Shown piece by piece: positions 25,330 to 38,025 of a stretch of DNA of 64,000 bases. This DNA comes from Felis catus (lineage: Eukaryota): contig NC_058368.1 in the NCBI RefSeq assembly GCF_018350175.1, forward strand, positions 236,718,001 to 236,782,000. Reading direction: 5' to 3'. Position 1 is the stretch's first letter. Each line of letters starts with the position of its first letter. The notes under the pieces are model-generated. The model was not told where the DNA came from. It saw nothing but the letters and a program-made list of their open reading frames with translations, and made no database searches. The translations under genes were made by a program, and so were the position numbers.

Positions 25330-26245
25330 TTCATCCATCCATCCACCCCCCACCGCCCTCGACCTCTTCATCTCGACTCAGACGTCCAAGGAGCATGTTC
25401 TGAATTGAATTCTGAAAGTCACACCCAAACCCACTAGACCCGCCATCTTTCTGGCTCATAGACATAACCAGTAGCTCGGGCCAAAACATTTGGAATCGAT
25501 CTTGACTCTGCTCTTTCTCTCACATCTCATGGCTCATTGATTGGGAAACCTCCCTGGCTCAACTGTCCAGGTCCGGCCCACAGTCACTTCTAGGCACTCC
25601 CCCTTCAGCCCCGCGGCCACCGGTGGCCACCATTCCCATCTGACCCCTCAGCAGCCACCCTGGGGGTCTCTGCTTTTCTCCCAGGCTCTGCAGTCTACAC
25701 CCAGCCCAGCAGCCAGCCCGATCCATTTCAGAACCTGAGTCAGGTCTGTCTGTCTCCACTCCAACCCCAGCCAGGGCCCTTCCCACTCAGTGCTGTCCGG
25801 TCTTCACAGTGGCCCCAAGCCCCAGGTGCTCTGAGATGTCCTCTCTAGCCTATGCCTCTGTGCCAGCCACAGGGTCACCTGCTGTCCCGGGCACACCAGG
25901 GGCCCTCCTTCCTCGGCCTTTGCTTGGCTCTTCCCTTGACCTACATGCACTGACTTCAGACTCTCCCCTGCAGGTGTCCCCGGGGCCTGTTTCCCCATTT
26001 TTCTCATTTGTGTGCATATTTCCCTTCTCGGTGACGCTGGACCCATCAACTCCTTGTAGGCAGGTCCTCTCTCCATCATACCCTGCATCCTTGCCCTGCA
26101 TCTTCCACAGCACCTTCAAACAGACTGCACAATTTACTACTCATCACGTTTACTGGGCAAGGATCTCTATCTTTACTGGCGTATTTCCAGTGTCCAGAAC
26201 ATTCCCGGCCACACACCGAGCACTCAAAATACTTGCTGAATGAAC
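25330..26245 (+). mobile_element. L2 LINE 3' portion (ancient)
   Basis: GCTCGGGCCAAAACATTTGGAATCGATCTTGACTCTGCTCTTTCTCTCAC and terminal CACTCAAAATACTTGCTGAATGAA are L2a-like. Confidence 0.75.
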
Positions 26246-29200
26246 TACAACGTATTTCAGTAGTTTAATGTCTACAAGTATCTTAAAATCCAGCATGTAG
26301 CTTCTTGAATACATCCATGGGTCATAATGCTTAAATACACAAATATTCTAAAATTTAAACTGAACTCAAACGCTTGTTTGCTCTGCCTCTTACAATCTTA
26401 CATGGTCTGAAAAGGACTTCGGATTCACATGTCCCTCGACCTCCACGCTGGCCCCCAGCCTCGGTTTGTCAGTATTATAGGCGATTCTACAGCCAAGAAC
26501 ATCGGCTGTCCATTTTTTTCTTCTAACATGTCGTTAACTTGCCCTTTTAAAATGATCTTCTACCAAAAGAATTACTACTAGCCATGTTGAGAATGAAAAA
26601 AATAATAACAAATAACATATTCTTTTTAATGCTCCGAAAGGCAGTAAGAAATGAAGATACAGACCTTAAAGTTCTCTTAATTAATCCTAAATTAATGAGT
26701 TCCAGCTCGGTACCTGCTTGGTGCCACCACTCCCCAGAGGGACCACAAACCACTGAGACATCTGGAACGCAGGCAATAAGGTCGCACACATCATGCTAAC
26801 AGACATGGCCTTGGGCATGGCTCACATTCTGTAAATTACCTATTGTCACCAACAGAAGCTGGGGGGAGTCACCCAGTGCCAGAGACGCTGGGAAGTCAGC
26901 CCATCAAGGGAGATGTAAGATGTATATCTCCTCCCTAGGGTTCAGCAGACAAGATAGGTTTTTTTTTTTCATTTGGAGTATGAAGATTAATTGATTAGGG
27001 AGACAAAATGGCGGCCTTAAGGACGGATGGTTTTCCAATAACCTTTGACTTGAAGATGTAGGAAAAATCTTATTTAGGGATTTAGTGCTAGCAGAAACAA
27101 GAAAGAGACTGATAGAGAGCAGAGGCATCAAAGATTGGCTGAGACATTTTTCTGCCAAATATTCCTCCACATCACTCTAGGGACCCCTTTTTCTAGGGGG
27201 AAACGAGATTTTGCTTTCTACAGCTGCCAGTAGTTCTGCTGCTTTATGAAGAAAAAAGGGATTTCAATATCCACTGCTGTTCTTGTGGATTTCTTACAAC
27301 ACCCCCAAAAAATCACCTCCGAAGGAGAGAAAAAGAAAGGAACGGATACAGGCTGTATTTCAGGCAACGAAAAATTAAGAATTAGCAGCTTTCACGACTT
27401 TCCACAGGTTTCCATTTGCTCTGGGAGTTTCCTTCCGACCAGCTGACAGTCCGGTGGTTTGCATTCACTCCGGACCGGTCTCCAGCAGACTGTGCACAGT
27501 GCAATTCTGATCAGAAGTATCTCAGAACTACAACTGTCAGCGGTCACAGCGCGTTTCATACCGCACACGCACACACACACGCACACACACACAGCCCATA
27601 AGGGTCTTTCTACCCTTGAATGCGGTGGCTCAAACCCACCGCTCCGCATATGTGGAATCTGAATCCCAGGGACCCGGTGATGGGTCAACAGCCTCGTTGC
27701 TGTGTAAGGGCAGAACAAGCATCAGATCCCACGTCTTACCAGTCATCGTCACATTCTCCGTGTGTTTCCAGGAGCGTTTTGATTCCTTTCAGTGCTTCTG
27801 TGTGTCAAACAGGAACACGGTCCCATCAGTCCTGCGGCCATCTCTCAAGGGGATGGTGCCATGGCTGATTTCAGATGACGCTCAGAAAAGGAAGCCACCT
27901 GTCCCAGAGCCCTCAGCTTCTGACCGCTTGCTGCCGAACGGGGACTCAGCCTGGCCACACTGCACGGCATCCCAGATCCTCATCTGTAGGCCGGCCTGCT
28001 GATGGCTTTGCTAGAATGCACACATTTGCCTGGGGAATAGTGTGTGGCTCTTCCTGATTTAAGTGGAAAGTAATTAACTTCCTAAATGCTTATTTAACTT
28101 TAAGCTTTATTAGTTGGAGCTAATTAAAATATTTAAGATAAACTGACAAGCTGAAGCCTCGGGAAGGACTGACTTTGGTAAAATGCAGTCACCGTTAAAT
28201 GCAGAGGTGATCTGCTCCACGGTAGCACTACGTTTTCTACCCAAACATTCAATCGCCTTTTACTGAACTCCTGTGTTTTCAATTACGGGAAGACGTATGC
28301 TCACACTTGAAATGGAAGAGCATGTAACCCTGACGGTCGCATCTCCACATGCTGCAGAATTCAAACAATGGAGCCGTGCTTGCTGGAGAAACGGCTGACC
28401 TCAGATCTGGGCTAAGATGGGGACGGAAGGAGCGTGTGACGTCTCGTCCCGCAAGAAAGGAGGCCGTGTCCCAAGGACATCAGAGCCAGCTTGCAGAGGC
28501 TCCCGCTGGCCAAAAACGGCAGTCTTGGCATCCAGCAACGCCAGCGCTCGGCCATGCTGGCCCCGGTTAGCACTACCTCAGCTCCCTCTCCGAGGAACCG
28601 CGCCTGTCCGGGTGTATCTCGCCACGCGGCCCGAGGCATGACTCCCCAGACTGCGACAACTGCCCGTGGCCTTTCTCTCCATGGAAGTCCGGCTGGTTGA
28701 GGGTAGGAACTGTTGTTCCTTTGTCACTGATCCCTCCGTTCCTGGGAGAGCATGTCCCATTCGTTATATGCCGGACGAATATTTAAGAATCAATCTGCTC
28801 ATTGAGCGTGTGTTTCCACGACCTGGAAGCAGAACATTCAGGGCATCGTAACTGCAAAGCACATGGAGACCAGCAGCCTCTCTTAGGAAGGATTGTTTTT
28901 CATGCATTCGACGATTGCATCAGCTCGCCTAGCAGTAACCGATTGCAAACACACGGTTAACTTTTATGTGTCACTTACTGTCAAATACAACAGAAAAAAA
29001 ATGTCCTAGTTAACATGCAGAAGAACTACATTTGTGGGGTCCTCCGCGGGCCTCGGGGAAGGCTGGAGGGGGTTTCTGGGTGGCGGACACGGGTCCCCCG
29101 GCACATGGCCACATCAGCAACACAGGCGTGCTATAGCCACAGTCCTATTTCTGGCCATAACTTTACTGTTTGTAAATGTTTGTCATGATAAAGGGGTCTA

Positions 29201-29551
29201 TGCACTGTTTGCCCAACACAGTTGTCTATGAGCCCCAGGCGAGAGTTAAAAATACAAAGCAGTGGACGTGGGTGTCTTAGCTGAAAGGAGGAAAATTACA
29301 GAGAAACAAGTTTGAGTCGCCTTTCTAGCGCAAAACGCTCTTCCTGGCAAGGACGTGGACTTGAGCGAGTGGCCGGGAAGGGGCCGAGCTGGGAGAGGTG
29401 GAGACTGTGGTCTGGTTTAAGCCTAGACCAAACATGTAGCGGTTTAAAACATCACTAAACAGGCAATTTCATTTTTGTTTCCCCTCAAACCTCGACCATC
29501 TGAAGCCTGTGGCGCAGACCCAGCCACAATTATTAGGCCCGTCCTCAAATA

Positions 29552-29576
<25 letters not shown>
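29552..29576. repeat. (TG)n microsatellite
   Basis: Dinucleotide run. Confidence 0.95.
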
Positions 29577-29582
<6 letters not shown>

Positions 29583-30596
29583 TCAAGGCAAAATGCATTT
29601 AAGCTTCTCTCAAGGGGATTTATGTTCAAACCTTGTATCACTTTGGGTTCTCTCCTGGAACTTCCCTAAGCTCTCCACGATGCACTCATTTTTTCCTCAT
29701 TCTATTATATCTGTCAGACTCCGCTCCTCCATGAGTAGTTGTGACAGTCAAAAAAGGAAAGAAAAAACCCTTTAGGATTCAGAGCATCAAAGCCCATGCC
29801 TCTCCAGTTATCTCTTCAAGAGCCCGGCAGCGGGGCAATCTTTGTGTTAAACAACCGAAAATGTGACATTTCAGTAGGGACAGATGCCTAAGTCTGATAT
29901 AATAAATGCCTGGCAACGCTGTTCTAAATTTGCAGGGCACACAAGTAGCCTTAGAGGTCAATTTTCCAAACGATCCTTAATTCTTTCCTGACAATATATC
30001 ACTTTACCGATGACCCCGACAGAAGCAGTTAGCTGCCCTCAAATCACACAAACCCCAGAGGCGAACGGAATGATTTCATGCATAATATAAACAGCCGTTT
30101 AGAAAATAAAATCAAATCACGTAACATCAAGGTGGAGAAGCAGCCGCAGTTGGAGCTAACAACTTCCATCCGTGGAAATGTTTGCGGAGTCTGGGGTAAC
30201 GGGCGAGCGGCAGGGCCGCGAGCTGATGATGTGGGAGCCGGCACAACCCGCAAAGATGACAGCTCACGTCCAGACGAGCCGGGTGCGGTGCTCCAGACCC
30301 CTGTGTCTATAAAGAGATGGTCGTGTGAGAGAACAACGGGGGGCACAACCAAACTTACGAGGCGGAAGTCACCCCCGAAGGTACAAATTGCCTCGTGCCC
30401 ATTGCCACAGGGATGCCCGCCCCCACCCTGTCGCCGCGGCCAACAAGGGCAAACGAAAGAGGCGTCCCTGCCTTCGCCCCTTGAACCGTTTGAGGAGCCA
30501 ATGACTAACTGATGAAGGTCCGTGCCAGAGAAGTCAATGTAAGGAAACAAACCAACAGTAAGAGTGCAAGATGGTCTACACCGAAAAGCAAAACTT

Positions 30597-30862
30597 GGGG
30601 GCAGGCCTGGGGGGCTCAGTCGGTGGAGCGACCGACCTCGGCTCAGGTCGTGATCTCGCGGTCCGTGGGTTCGAGCCCCGCGTCAGGCTCTGTGCTGACA
30701 GCTCGGAGCCTGGACCCTGCTCTGGATTCTGTGTCTCCCTCTCTCTCGGTCCCTCCCCCACTCGCACTCTGTGTCTCTCTCTCACAATAAAAGGATAAAC
30801 ATTAAAAGAAAAGAAAAGAAGAAAAGAAAAGAAAAGAAAAGAAAAGAAAAGAAAAGAAAAAT
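30597..30862 (+). mobile_element. Can-SINE with a (GAAAA)n expanded tail
   Basis: SINEC body; pentanucleotide tail at about 30805-30860; degenerate TSD GAAAAGCAAAACTT/GAAAAGCAGAAGTT. Confidence 0.94.
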
Positions 30863-31060
30863 GAAAAGCAGAAGTTGGGGCCACACACCAGACACAGGGC
30901 AGCACTCACTGACTCACTGACACCCTGCTTGGGTTTCTGGGGTGCAGATTCTGAATCTCCTGGGGAGATATTTCTTCAGAATGGTGAGCTCGGGAGAAAT
31001 GCGGACGCGATGCCCGGTAACTCTGCTGTTAGAAACTATTCTAGGGAAACGCTTCTTTTA

Positions 31061-31299
31061 TTTTATTTTATTTTATTATTTTTTTTTATTTTTTTTAACG
31101 TTTATTTATTTTTGAGACAGAGAGAGACAGAGCATGAACGGGGGAGGGGCAGAGAGAGAGGGAGACACAGAATCCGAAGCAGGCTCCAGGCTCTGAGCCG
31201 TCAGCCCAGAGCCCGATGCGGGGCTCGAACTCACAGACCGCGAGATCGTGACCTGAGTTGAAGTTGGACGCTTAACCGACTGAGCCACCCAGGTGCCCC
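31061..31299 (-). mobile_element. Can-SINE (SINEC_Fc-like)
   Basis: Antisense full-length copy; TSD GGGAAACGCTTCTTTTA (31044-31060) / GGGAAACACTTCTTTTA (31300-31316). Confidence 0.96.
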
Positions 31300-32379
31300 G
31301 GGAAACACTTCTTTTAAAAGCCAGATGGCTTCGTGTCATTTGACTCACTGAGCCTTTGCTACCTGAGAGGTTTACGCCAGGTGCATAATATCTGCCTCGC
31401 CCTCTGTCCCACGGAGGTAAAACCTTCCATCCTTTACAGTGCCATCAAAGTAAAACTGAGCATTCTTTTTAGCATCCAGCAAGGAAATCGTCACCATTTC
31501 TAGAACCAAACGCTAGCCGGGGATGGGAGGGGCGGGAGGAGAATGGGCCAGGGGACATTTTGCAGGATGACTGCGCGTCTCTCTCCTGGGGCGTCCACCC
31601 CTCTCAGGGGCTCATCCCTCATGGCCCCACCTTCTCCAGGACAAAGAAACCCTTGCTGATCGCTTTTAGCCATGATGCCTCTGATAACAAGATGCTTTTG
31701 TCAGATAATTTCTAGAACACCTTCATGTTATTCCTTAGAAGGAACGTGTGATACAGCTGATATAGCCTCAAATAGGATCATAGTAAACGCAGCCGCTTGC
31801 TCTCCACAAAAAAAGTTTTAAAAAAATGAAAATGTAGGTTTCTGCCACATTTCCCGCATACAAGATTGTTAGCTGTTTGGAAAGTGACCTCCCTTCGAAC
31901 AAGCTAATGCAAGAGACCCGAGGATGACGATTACAAGGAGGCTCTCTGAGGCTTATGCGGCTTCAGAAATCCACGCTAAACTGTTAGATAAAAGGATTTG
32001 CTTCGCTTTGTTTTGACACCGCTATTTCCCGGTAGCAGGTGTATAAACCTTGGGGTTTTTACTGGTTCCTGCCAATCCAAGATGATGGCAAGAAAGAAAC
32101 ATGAGGTCTAGACGTTCTTGGAGAAATTCTCCTTTTGTGGCAAGCATTTATGTGCAGCAGGAAGGCAGCGGGAGCTCCCGCCGAGACAAGTCCGGGAAGC
32201 GACACAGGCACATTTGGGGAGCAAGCAGTGGGGCTCTGGGCGACGGTGAGGATGCGGGAAGCCAGCTCAGGTGTGCCCCAAGGTCCTGTACGGTGGGCTG
32301 TGTCCTTGTCAGAGAATTTTGTGCTGCCTGTGCCCTGCTGACGACAGCTTCCGTCACTCTGCAAGGCCATGAAGCACAG

Positions 32380-32502
32380 AGGACCACAGACCAAAGGGAC
32401 GGTGTGACCCGACAGTGTCCCCACCTCTAGCACCCACCCGCCTGGCACCAACGAGGAACTGCATGGACGGGTGAGTAGATGAATGAATAAGCGAATGAAT
32501 GA
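32380..32502 (+). mobile_element. L2 3' terminal fragment
   Basis: TGTCCCCACCTCTAGCAC...GCCTGGCAC...ATGAATGAATAAGCGAATGAATG, an L2-like end with (TGAA)n tail. Confidence 0.55.
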
Positions 32503-33939
32503 GAAGCACTGTGTAGAGAGATGAGTATTGTGCAATCTAAGCGGTGAATCTCCATTGATTATGGCTAAGGGGTAAGTGCGAAGAGTTATTCAAATAGCAA
32601 AGGACTTGTGGGCACGTGTTTCTTGCTGGACCAGCCACGACCCGAGGAGGAAGGAGGAGCGCGCTCTCATGACGGGGCTGTCTCTGTAACCCCCTCAACA
32701 GCCTGATAACACGCACGGCCTGCCCTCTCCCAGCCCGCACCTGCCGCTCCGGCCCCACAGCCTGGCAACAAGGAGACCATCTCGCTTTGCATCTCCCGGC
32801 CGCTCCCGGCAGAGCCGGTTCTGACACAGGGACTACGGTCTCTGCGTGGCCAGACGTGCGTAGCCCCCAACTGGGTCACAGGATCCCATGAGAGACCAGG
32901 AGACTCCGCCCCGGTGCCATCCCTTGGGACTTGTGCCCACCGGGGTAAGGATGCTGACTGTCTTGACTTGGGGGCTGATTCTGCAAGAGTTTCCGGCAAT
33001 TTCACCAACTCCTCGCTCTGAAGACACCTCGCTGCGTAGAGTTTGCGGCTCCGGCCAGAGAGCGCTCCTCGTGTGCCGTGCAAGCTCGTGTGTTGCCACC
33101 GTGGGCGAGGTCTCTGAACACGTGGCTGTCCTCCCGGGCCGGGTGTTTTGCCTGCCCGGTGTTGGAGGAGCTCCCTGAGCAGAAGCTGGGAGTACGGAGC
33201 CCCGGCCCCCGTGTGATGCTGCGGGATGAGTGGAGGAACAACCAGGGACCGAGGATCTCAGCCCCACATCCTGGGAGTGTGGTCGTGCAGGGACATGGCC
33301 GGGGGCTGGCGCCTCCCGCCAGGTGGGACTGAGGCCAGGCTCCTGCATGCCCCTGGCCTACGTGCAGAGCTGATACAGGAGTGCCTCCAGCGAATGCACA
33401 GCGGGGCTGAGAGCACGGGCCGGATGCTTGTGGGGAGCACTGTGGCCTGAGATAGAGCCGAGACCTGGGGGCATCACACTGCACCCGGCACATGCCCCAG
33501 CTCTGAGACGGGACGGATGATCGCCAGACCCGGCTAAGCCGGGAGACGGCACCGGGAGCCTCCTCATCCCTGAGGGCCCTGCCGGGCCTGAGGTACCAAA
33601 GCCTCCTCATCCCAGTGGAGACTAGGCAGGGCGCTCCCAAGGATGACATCCTCCATCTTGGCCACCTGCATGCCCCACAAACTGATCATGCCCCAGGGTG
33701 CCCGGCCACGGGGCGAGGGTGTGTTCGCCTCCAGCCGAGCCCCTCTGGCTGAGCAGGACCCTTCCTCCTGATTCCCAGAAAGGTGCTGGAACTTCTCATG
33801 TCAGGGCCAGCCCCTCCCCCGCCACGAGATTAGGGCAGCAAGCTTCCTGCTGCACCCTGGACCCAGGAGGGCAGGGGGAGCCCCAGGAAGTGAGGGGACA
33901 GACACGTTGAGGGTTAATAAGCACGTACCTGAGGGGAGG

Positions 33940-34165
33940 CAGTCGAGAGTGGAACCGTCAGGGACGGTACCCCAGACGGCCTGGGCTCTGTCCCCGCTCA
34001 CCTCCCCACCGTGAGGGATGGAATCCATCGCCTTCTGCCCTGTGGGGTCCTTAGTTATAAAATGGGATGAGCTCAACACCTGCCTCACAGGGTCACTAAG
34101 AGTCTCCGTGAGCTCACAGATACGAAAAGCGCTAGACGTGAGCTGCTGCGCGGTAAATGTTATCA
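33940..34165 (+). mobile_element. MIR SINE remnant
   Basis: CAGACGGCCTGGGCTC...TATAAAATGGGATGAG..ACCTGCCTCACAGGG...AAAGCGCTAGA resembles the MIR core and 3' end. Confidence 0.55.
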
Positions 34166-34689
34166 CACGAGTTACAACAGTTGGACATGGGAGCGACGGG
34201 GAACTGAAAGGGGTACATGTCAGCCTTGGTGACTTCCTCCACCCCGGCCTGTTGACTCAGTGCCATGGAGGCGCCTAAAACAGGCACCGTCCGTTTGGAA
34301 AGCAATGGGGGTGCTGTGTCCTGTGCCGTCCCTTCAGACAGGGTCATGACCGCAGGGAAACATCCCTTAGCGTCCTCCAGAATCAAGAATGGGGTGTTGG
34401 GAGCACATGCTCGTAATGAGGTTGCCAATAAGGGAAGGAAATGGAAAACAAGACCTCGATCAGATAAGAAAATGCAGTAAGACAGGATTTACTGTGGCAA
34501 GGGGTCCCTTGCAAGCCTCTCTGAGACTACGGTAGGGCTGTGGCAGGCGAGGGGGAAGATGCAGGGGTAGATGCCTATGCAGGTGACGGCTGGAGGGGGG
34601 AGGTCAGTCCCAGGAGGTCACCCTGAATGACGCGGAAAGGAGGGAAGTTGACCCAGTGACCAGCTCGAGCACTGGTCACACCCTGCGCC

Positions 34690-34836
34690 CGGGGAAGATG
34701 TATGCGAGCTAAGGGCAACCCCCCACAACACAGCCCCTTCCAAGAACCTGACACGGAACTCCGGGGCTGTCTTTTTTCATTAACGAGGCTCCGGTTTGCA
34801 TCAGTCCTGACCCCACAAAGCCTGGACCCGCCCCTG
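34690..34836 (-). mobile_element. MER53-like hAT-derived MITE remnant
   Basis: Minus strand reads CAGGGGCGGGTCCAGGCTTTGTGGGG...GAAAAAAGA...CTTGGAAGGGGC, resembling the recalled MER53 consensus. Confidence 0.5.
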
Positions 34837-35017
34837 TAGGCCCTGGTCCTTCACATTTGTCTACGGACCCTCTTGTGCTCAGATTACTGAGATGCGGTCC
34901 AGGACCTTCCTTAGTAGACCCCACCTCTCCTGTTTTTTCTGACTTTGAATGTTTTCACCAGCACCTTGATTTCTGTGTTATTGTGTAATATGCCATGCTT
35001 GAATAAACATCACGTCC

Positions 35018-35370
35018 AATTAACAAAGTACCACAGCCTGGGTGTCTGACACTACAGACGTCTGTTTTCTCACAGTTCTGGAGGCTGGAAGTTCAAGATG
35101 GCGGCATCAGTAGGGTGGTTTCTCCTGAGCCCTCCTTCCTTGGGTGTAGACAGCCACCTTCCCCCTGTGTCCTCACACTTCTGTTCCTCAGTGTATGTCT
35201 CTGTCTTCACCCCCGCCTCTTCTAAGGACACCTGTCATATTGCATTAGGGCCCATCTACATGACCTCACTTTACCGTAATTACCTCCTCAAAGATCCTGA
35301 CTCCAAGCACAGTGACACAGGGAAGTGGGGTTAGGACTCCAGTGTTTGGGTAGAAACAGCTCGGCCCCAG
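35018..35370 (-). mobile_element. MLT1-type (ERVL-MaLR) solo LTR
   Basis: TAACAAAGTACCACAG...TTCTCACAGTTCTGGAGGCTGGAAG...TAAGGACACC.GTCATATTG.ATTAGGGCCCA...ATGACCTCA. Confidence 0.88.
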
Positions 35371-37740
35371 AACCCCAGGTTTCTGAGCTCTCAGTACTCT
35401 TTCTCCCTCAGCAATAAATTATCCTCAGTCAGAAGCTTTAGCAGGGGTGGGGAGGCGGGCGGTGAGGACCAGAAATTCCCCTGCGCTGCCTTCAACAGAG
35501 CTGCGAACAATGATCTACGCAGAAAAATAAAGTCTTTCCTCTGAGTAATTGTTCACTGGTTCCTTTAGAAACTGCTCTAACTCAGGGACAAATTTATTTC
35601 TTTTACAGTACTTCTAGTTACAAATATATGGTTATTCTGAAACAGAACTTTAAAAATTAATAACATATTTAAGTAGAAGACTTTACAGGTTTTAAAACAT
35701 AAATCTAAAGTGTTTCCATGACACACGGTAATAACTCTGCGAAGTGATCATAGAACCACTAAGTATAAACTCTCCTTAATGTCATTCGTCGAGACGTGTT
35801 AGTGCAACATTTATAACATATTTCAGAAGCAATGTTAATATTTCATCAAATCTGAAGCAAATAGCCTTTCAATCCATATATTAAAATCCTAATAGTTGCT
35901 ATTACACCAGAGGCTAAAGGCAACAATAAACCATATGGAAATAAGACCATTCATCTCCATCCAGAACGTTCATACTCGCAGAAATTGCGTTGAGCTCTTG
36001 GCTCCCTGACAGTTCTTGTTTCCATTACTACTTATGTTTATTGCACATCTTTATGGAAAAGTTAAAAATATTAGAAGAGTAAAACCTTAATAGAATATAA
36101 CCCAGAAAGTCTCTAAGAAGGCGACACGGACCGCTAGAAGCACATTGTTCCGGGGGCAGACGTGCAGGCGAGTGGCTAGATGGGGTCCGTGTGGCTTCCG
36201 TGGGAAAGCAACCATGTAAAGACAGTAAATTACAGACCGGCGGGCGCGAGGGGCTTTCGTGTCAAGTTAAACTCCTCAATATTAGAACCTTATGGTAATG
36301 TGTGATCAGTAAAGCTTACCCAGGGGTGAACAGAGAGAGGCGTTAAGTACTTACAAAAACAATTCCTAAATTGCCTTTTTACATTTGAAAAATAAAAGTT
36401 ACATATGGTACGTTTTGCATTTATTGAAATGCCATCATACCATGCACTGAGTGTTTTAATCTCCTAAGGCATTATTTTTTTTCTTTTTAAAGAAATTTTA
36501 GCTTTTTGTAAAGTAAGTCTCAATCCAATCTTAAAAATATAGTAGATTTGATTTTCACACTCATACAGGTTTATCGACACGTATATAAGTGGTTTTCTGT
36601 GCCCGTTTATCAATTATTCTATCCATCAACAGAAAAGATGAGCTAATATTCACTTTTACGGAACGGAGATGAAAAACGTGTAAAGCAAGTTAAAGCAAAA
36701 GCCGATACGATTCTTACAAGTTTTTTTGAATTTTGAGTGTTTGTGTCCAGGACCCAGATTCATGATCGCATCTTTTTATTTCTTAATGTAGTTCCTTTAA
36801 TTATTTTAACTCATGTAATGCAACCGTTTCAAAAACTGCGCTTTGGTACATATGCGTGTTTCATGGAAACGAGCTACGAAGGCTAGGTCTGTAGAGACGC
36901 CCAGGGCCTGCGGAAATGATTTACCCAAGGATCACACGCGGCAACTGCTTTCCATGAACGCTGATGTCGTTCAAAACATGTTTAGAATTTGTAATTCAGA
37001 ATCATCTCCAGAGTCTGCCGCATATGTCAAAAGAAACTAAATATTTACGATGCGCCTACCCCAAGCCAGATAGCGTAAAAAGCACAATGTGATCTCAACT
37101 TATTCACCCCATGCTGCAGAATGGTCACTGCTTTTCTGCTTGTTTGTTTGTTTCAATTGGGAGGTTAAGTTCTTGTTGTTGGTCGATTTTCACAGATGAA
37201 AAGGCCGGGGTTCAGTGAGATTAAGTGCAGGAAGTAAGCTCAGGGGTTTGCCGAGTCCATTGCAGGAAGATCACATTTTGATTTGGGGAAACGGCAGGAG
37301 CCATGTAGAGCCAAGTGTGTGGACCGATGTGGCGACCGACCTGGAGAATTTTGTAAACTCGATTTTTCACAAAGTCTCTCCTAAATAAAATGCTGTGTGT
37401 TCACAGGACGGTTTTGACGCCATTTCCACGGGCACCTCCCACACCTCAGAGACGCGGTCTCCTGTGGCGATGGCGCCTGGCTCTGTGCCTCCCAGCGCTC
37501 AGGTCACCTCTCACTGGGACCTGGGCCAGGGAAGATTCTGTGTGGTCCCAGCCCCTCAGGCCCCGCCTATCTCCTGTCGCCCGCCCTGGACTGGACTGTT
37601 AGTTTTCCATTTTCTCTCTCTTGTTGTCCATTCTAAGTGACACCACCTTGGTTTCCCCTGGTGTTTAGGGGGCCCCTTGGGACCTGTACCTTGTGCTACC
37701 TTTTGGGGAAAGACAAGTTACACCCTCAAAATTCACCCCA

Positions 37741-38025
37741 AGTACAGACTTCCAGTTGTGAGATAAATCAACACTAGGTAATGCATGGACAACATGATGA
37801 CTGCCGGATGGGGCGAAGGAAGAGCAGGAAGAGAGGAGATCCGAAGCATTCTCTTCACAGGGGGAAATTAGCTTTTTCTTTACCTTGCATTGTATCTATA
37901 GCAGATGATAGATATTAACGAAGCCTGTTGTGATAACCATTTCACGAGATGTAAAGCAAGCCATCCTGTTGGACCCCTTAAACGTATACAGTAAGGCATG
38001 TCAACTTCTCAATAAAACTGGAGGG
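37741..38025 (+). mobile_element. 5'-truncated L1 3' end (L1MA9/carnivore L1-like)
   Basis: GTACAGACTTCCAGTTGT.AGATAAAT...GTGATAACCATTTCAC...CTCAATAAAACTGG; degenerate TSD AAAATTCACCCCAA/AACATTCTCCCCAA. Confidence 0.8.

Noticed and set aside
32667..33649. Dense overlapping ORFs in many frames (also 16.5-18.6 kb and 51.5-53.3 kb)
   Set aside because: Expected from stop-codon scarcity in GC-rich DNA; Pro/Gly/Arg/Ala-rich peptides without domains
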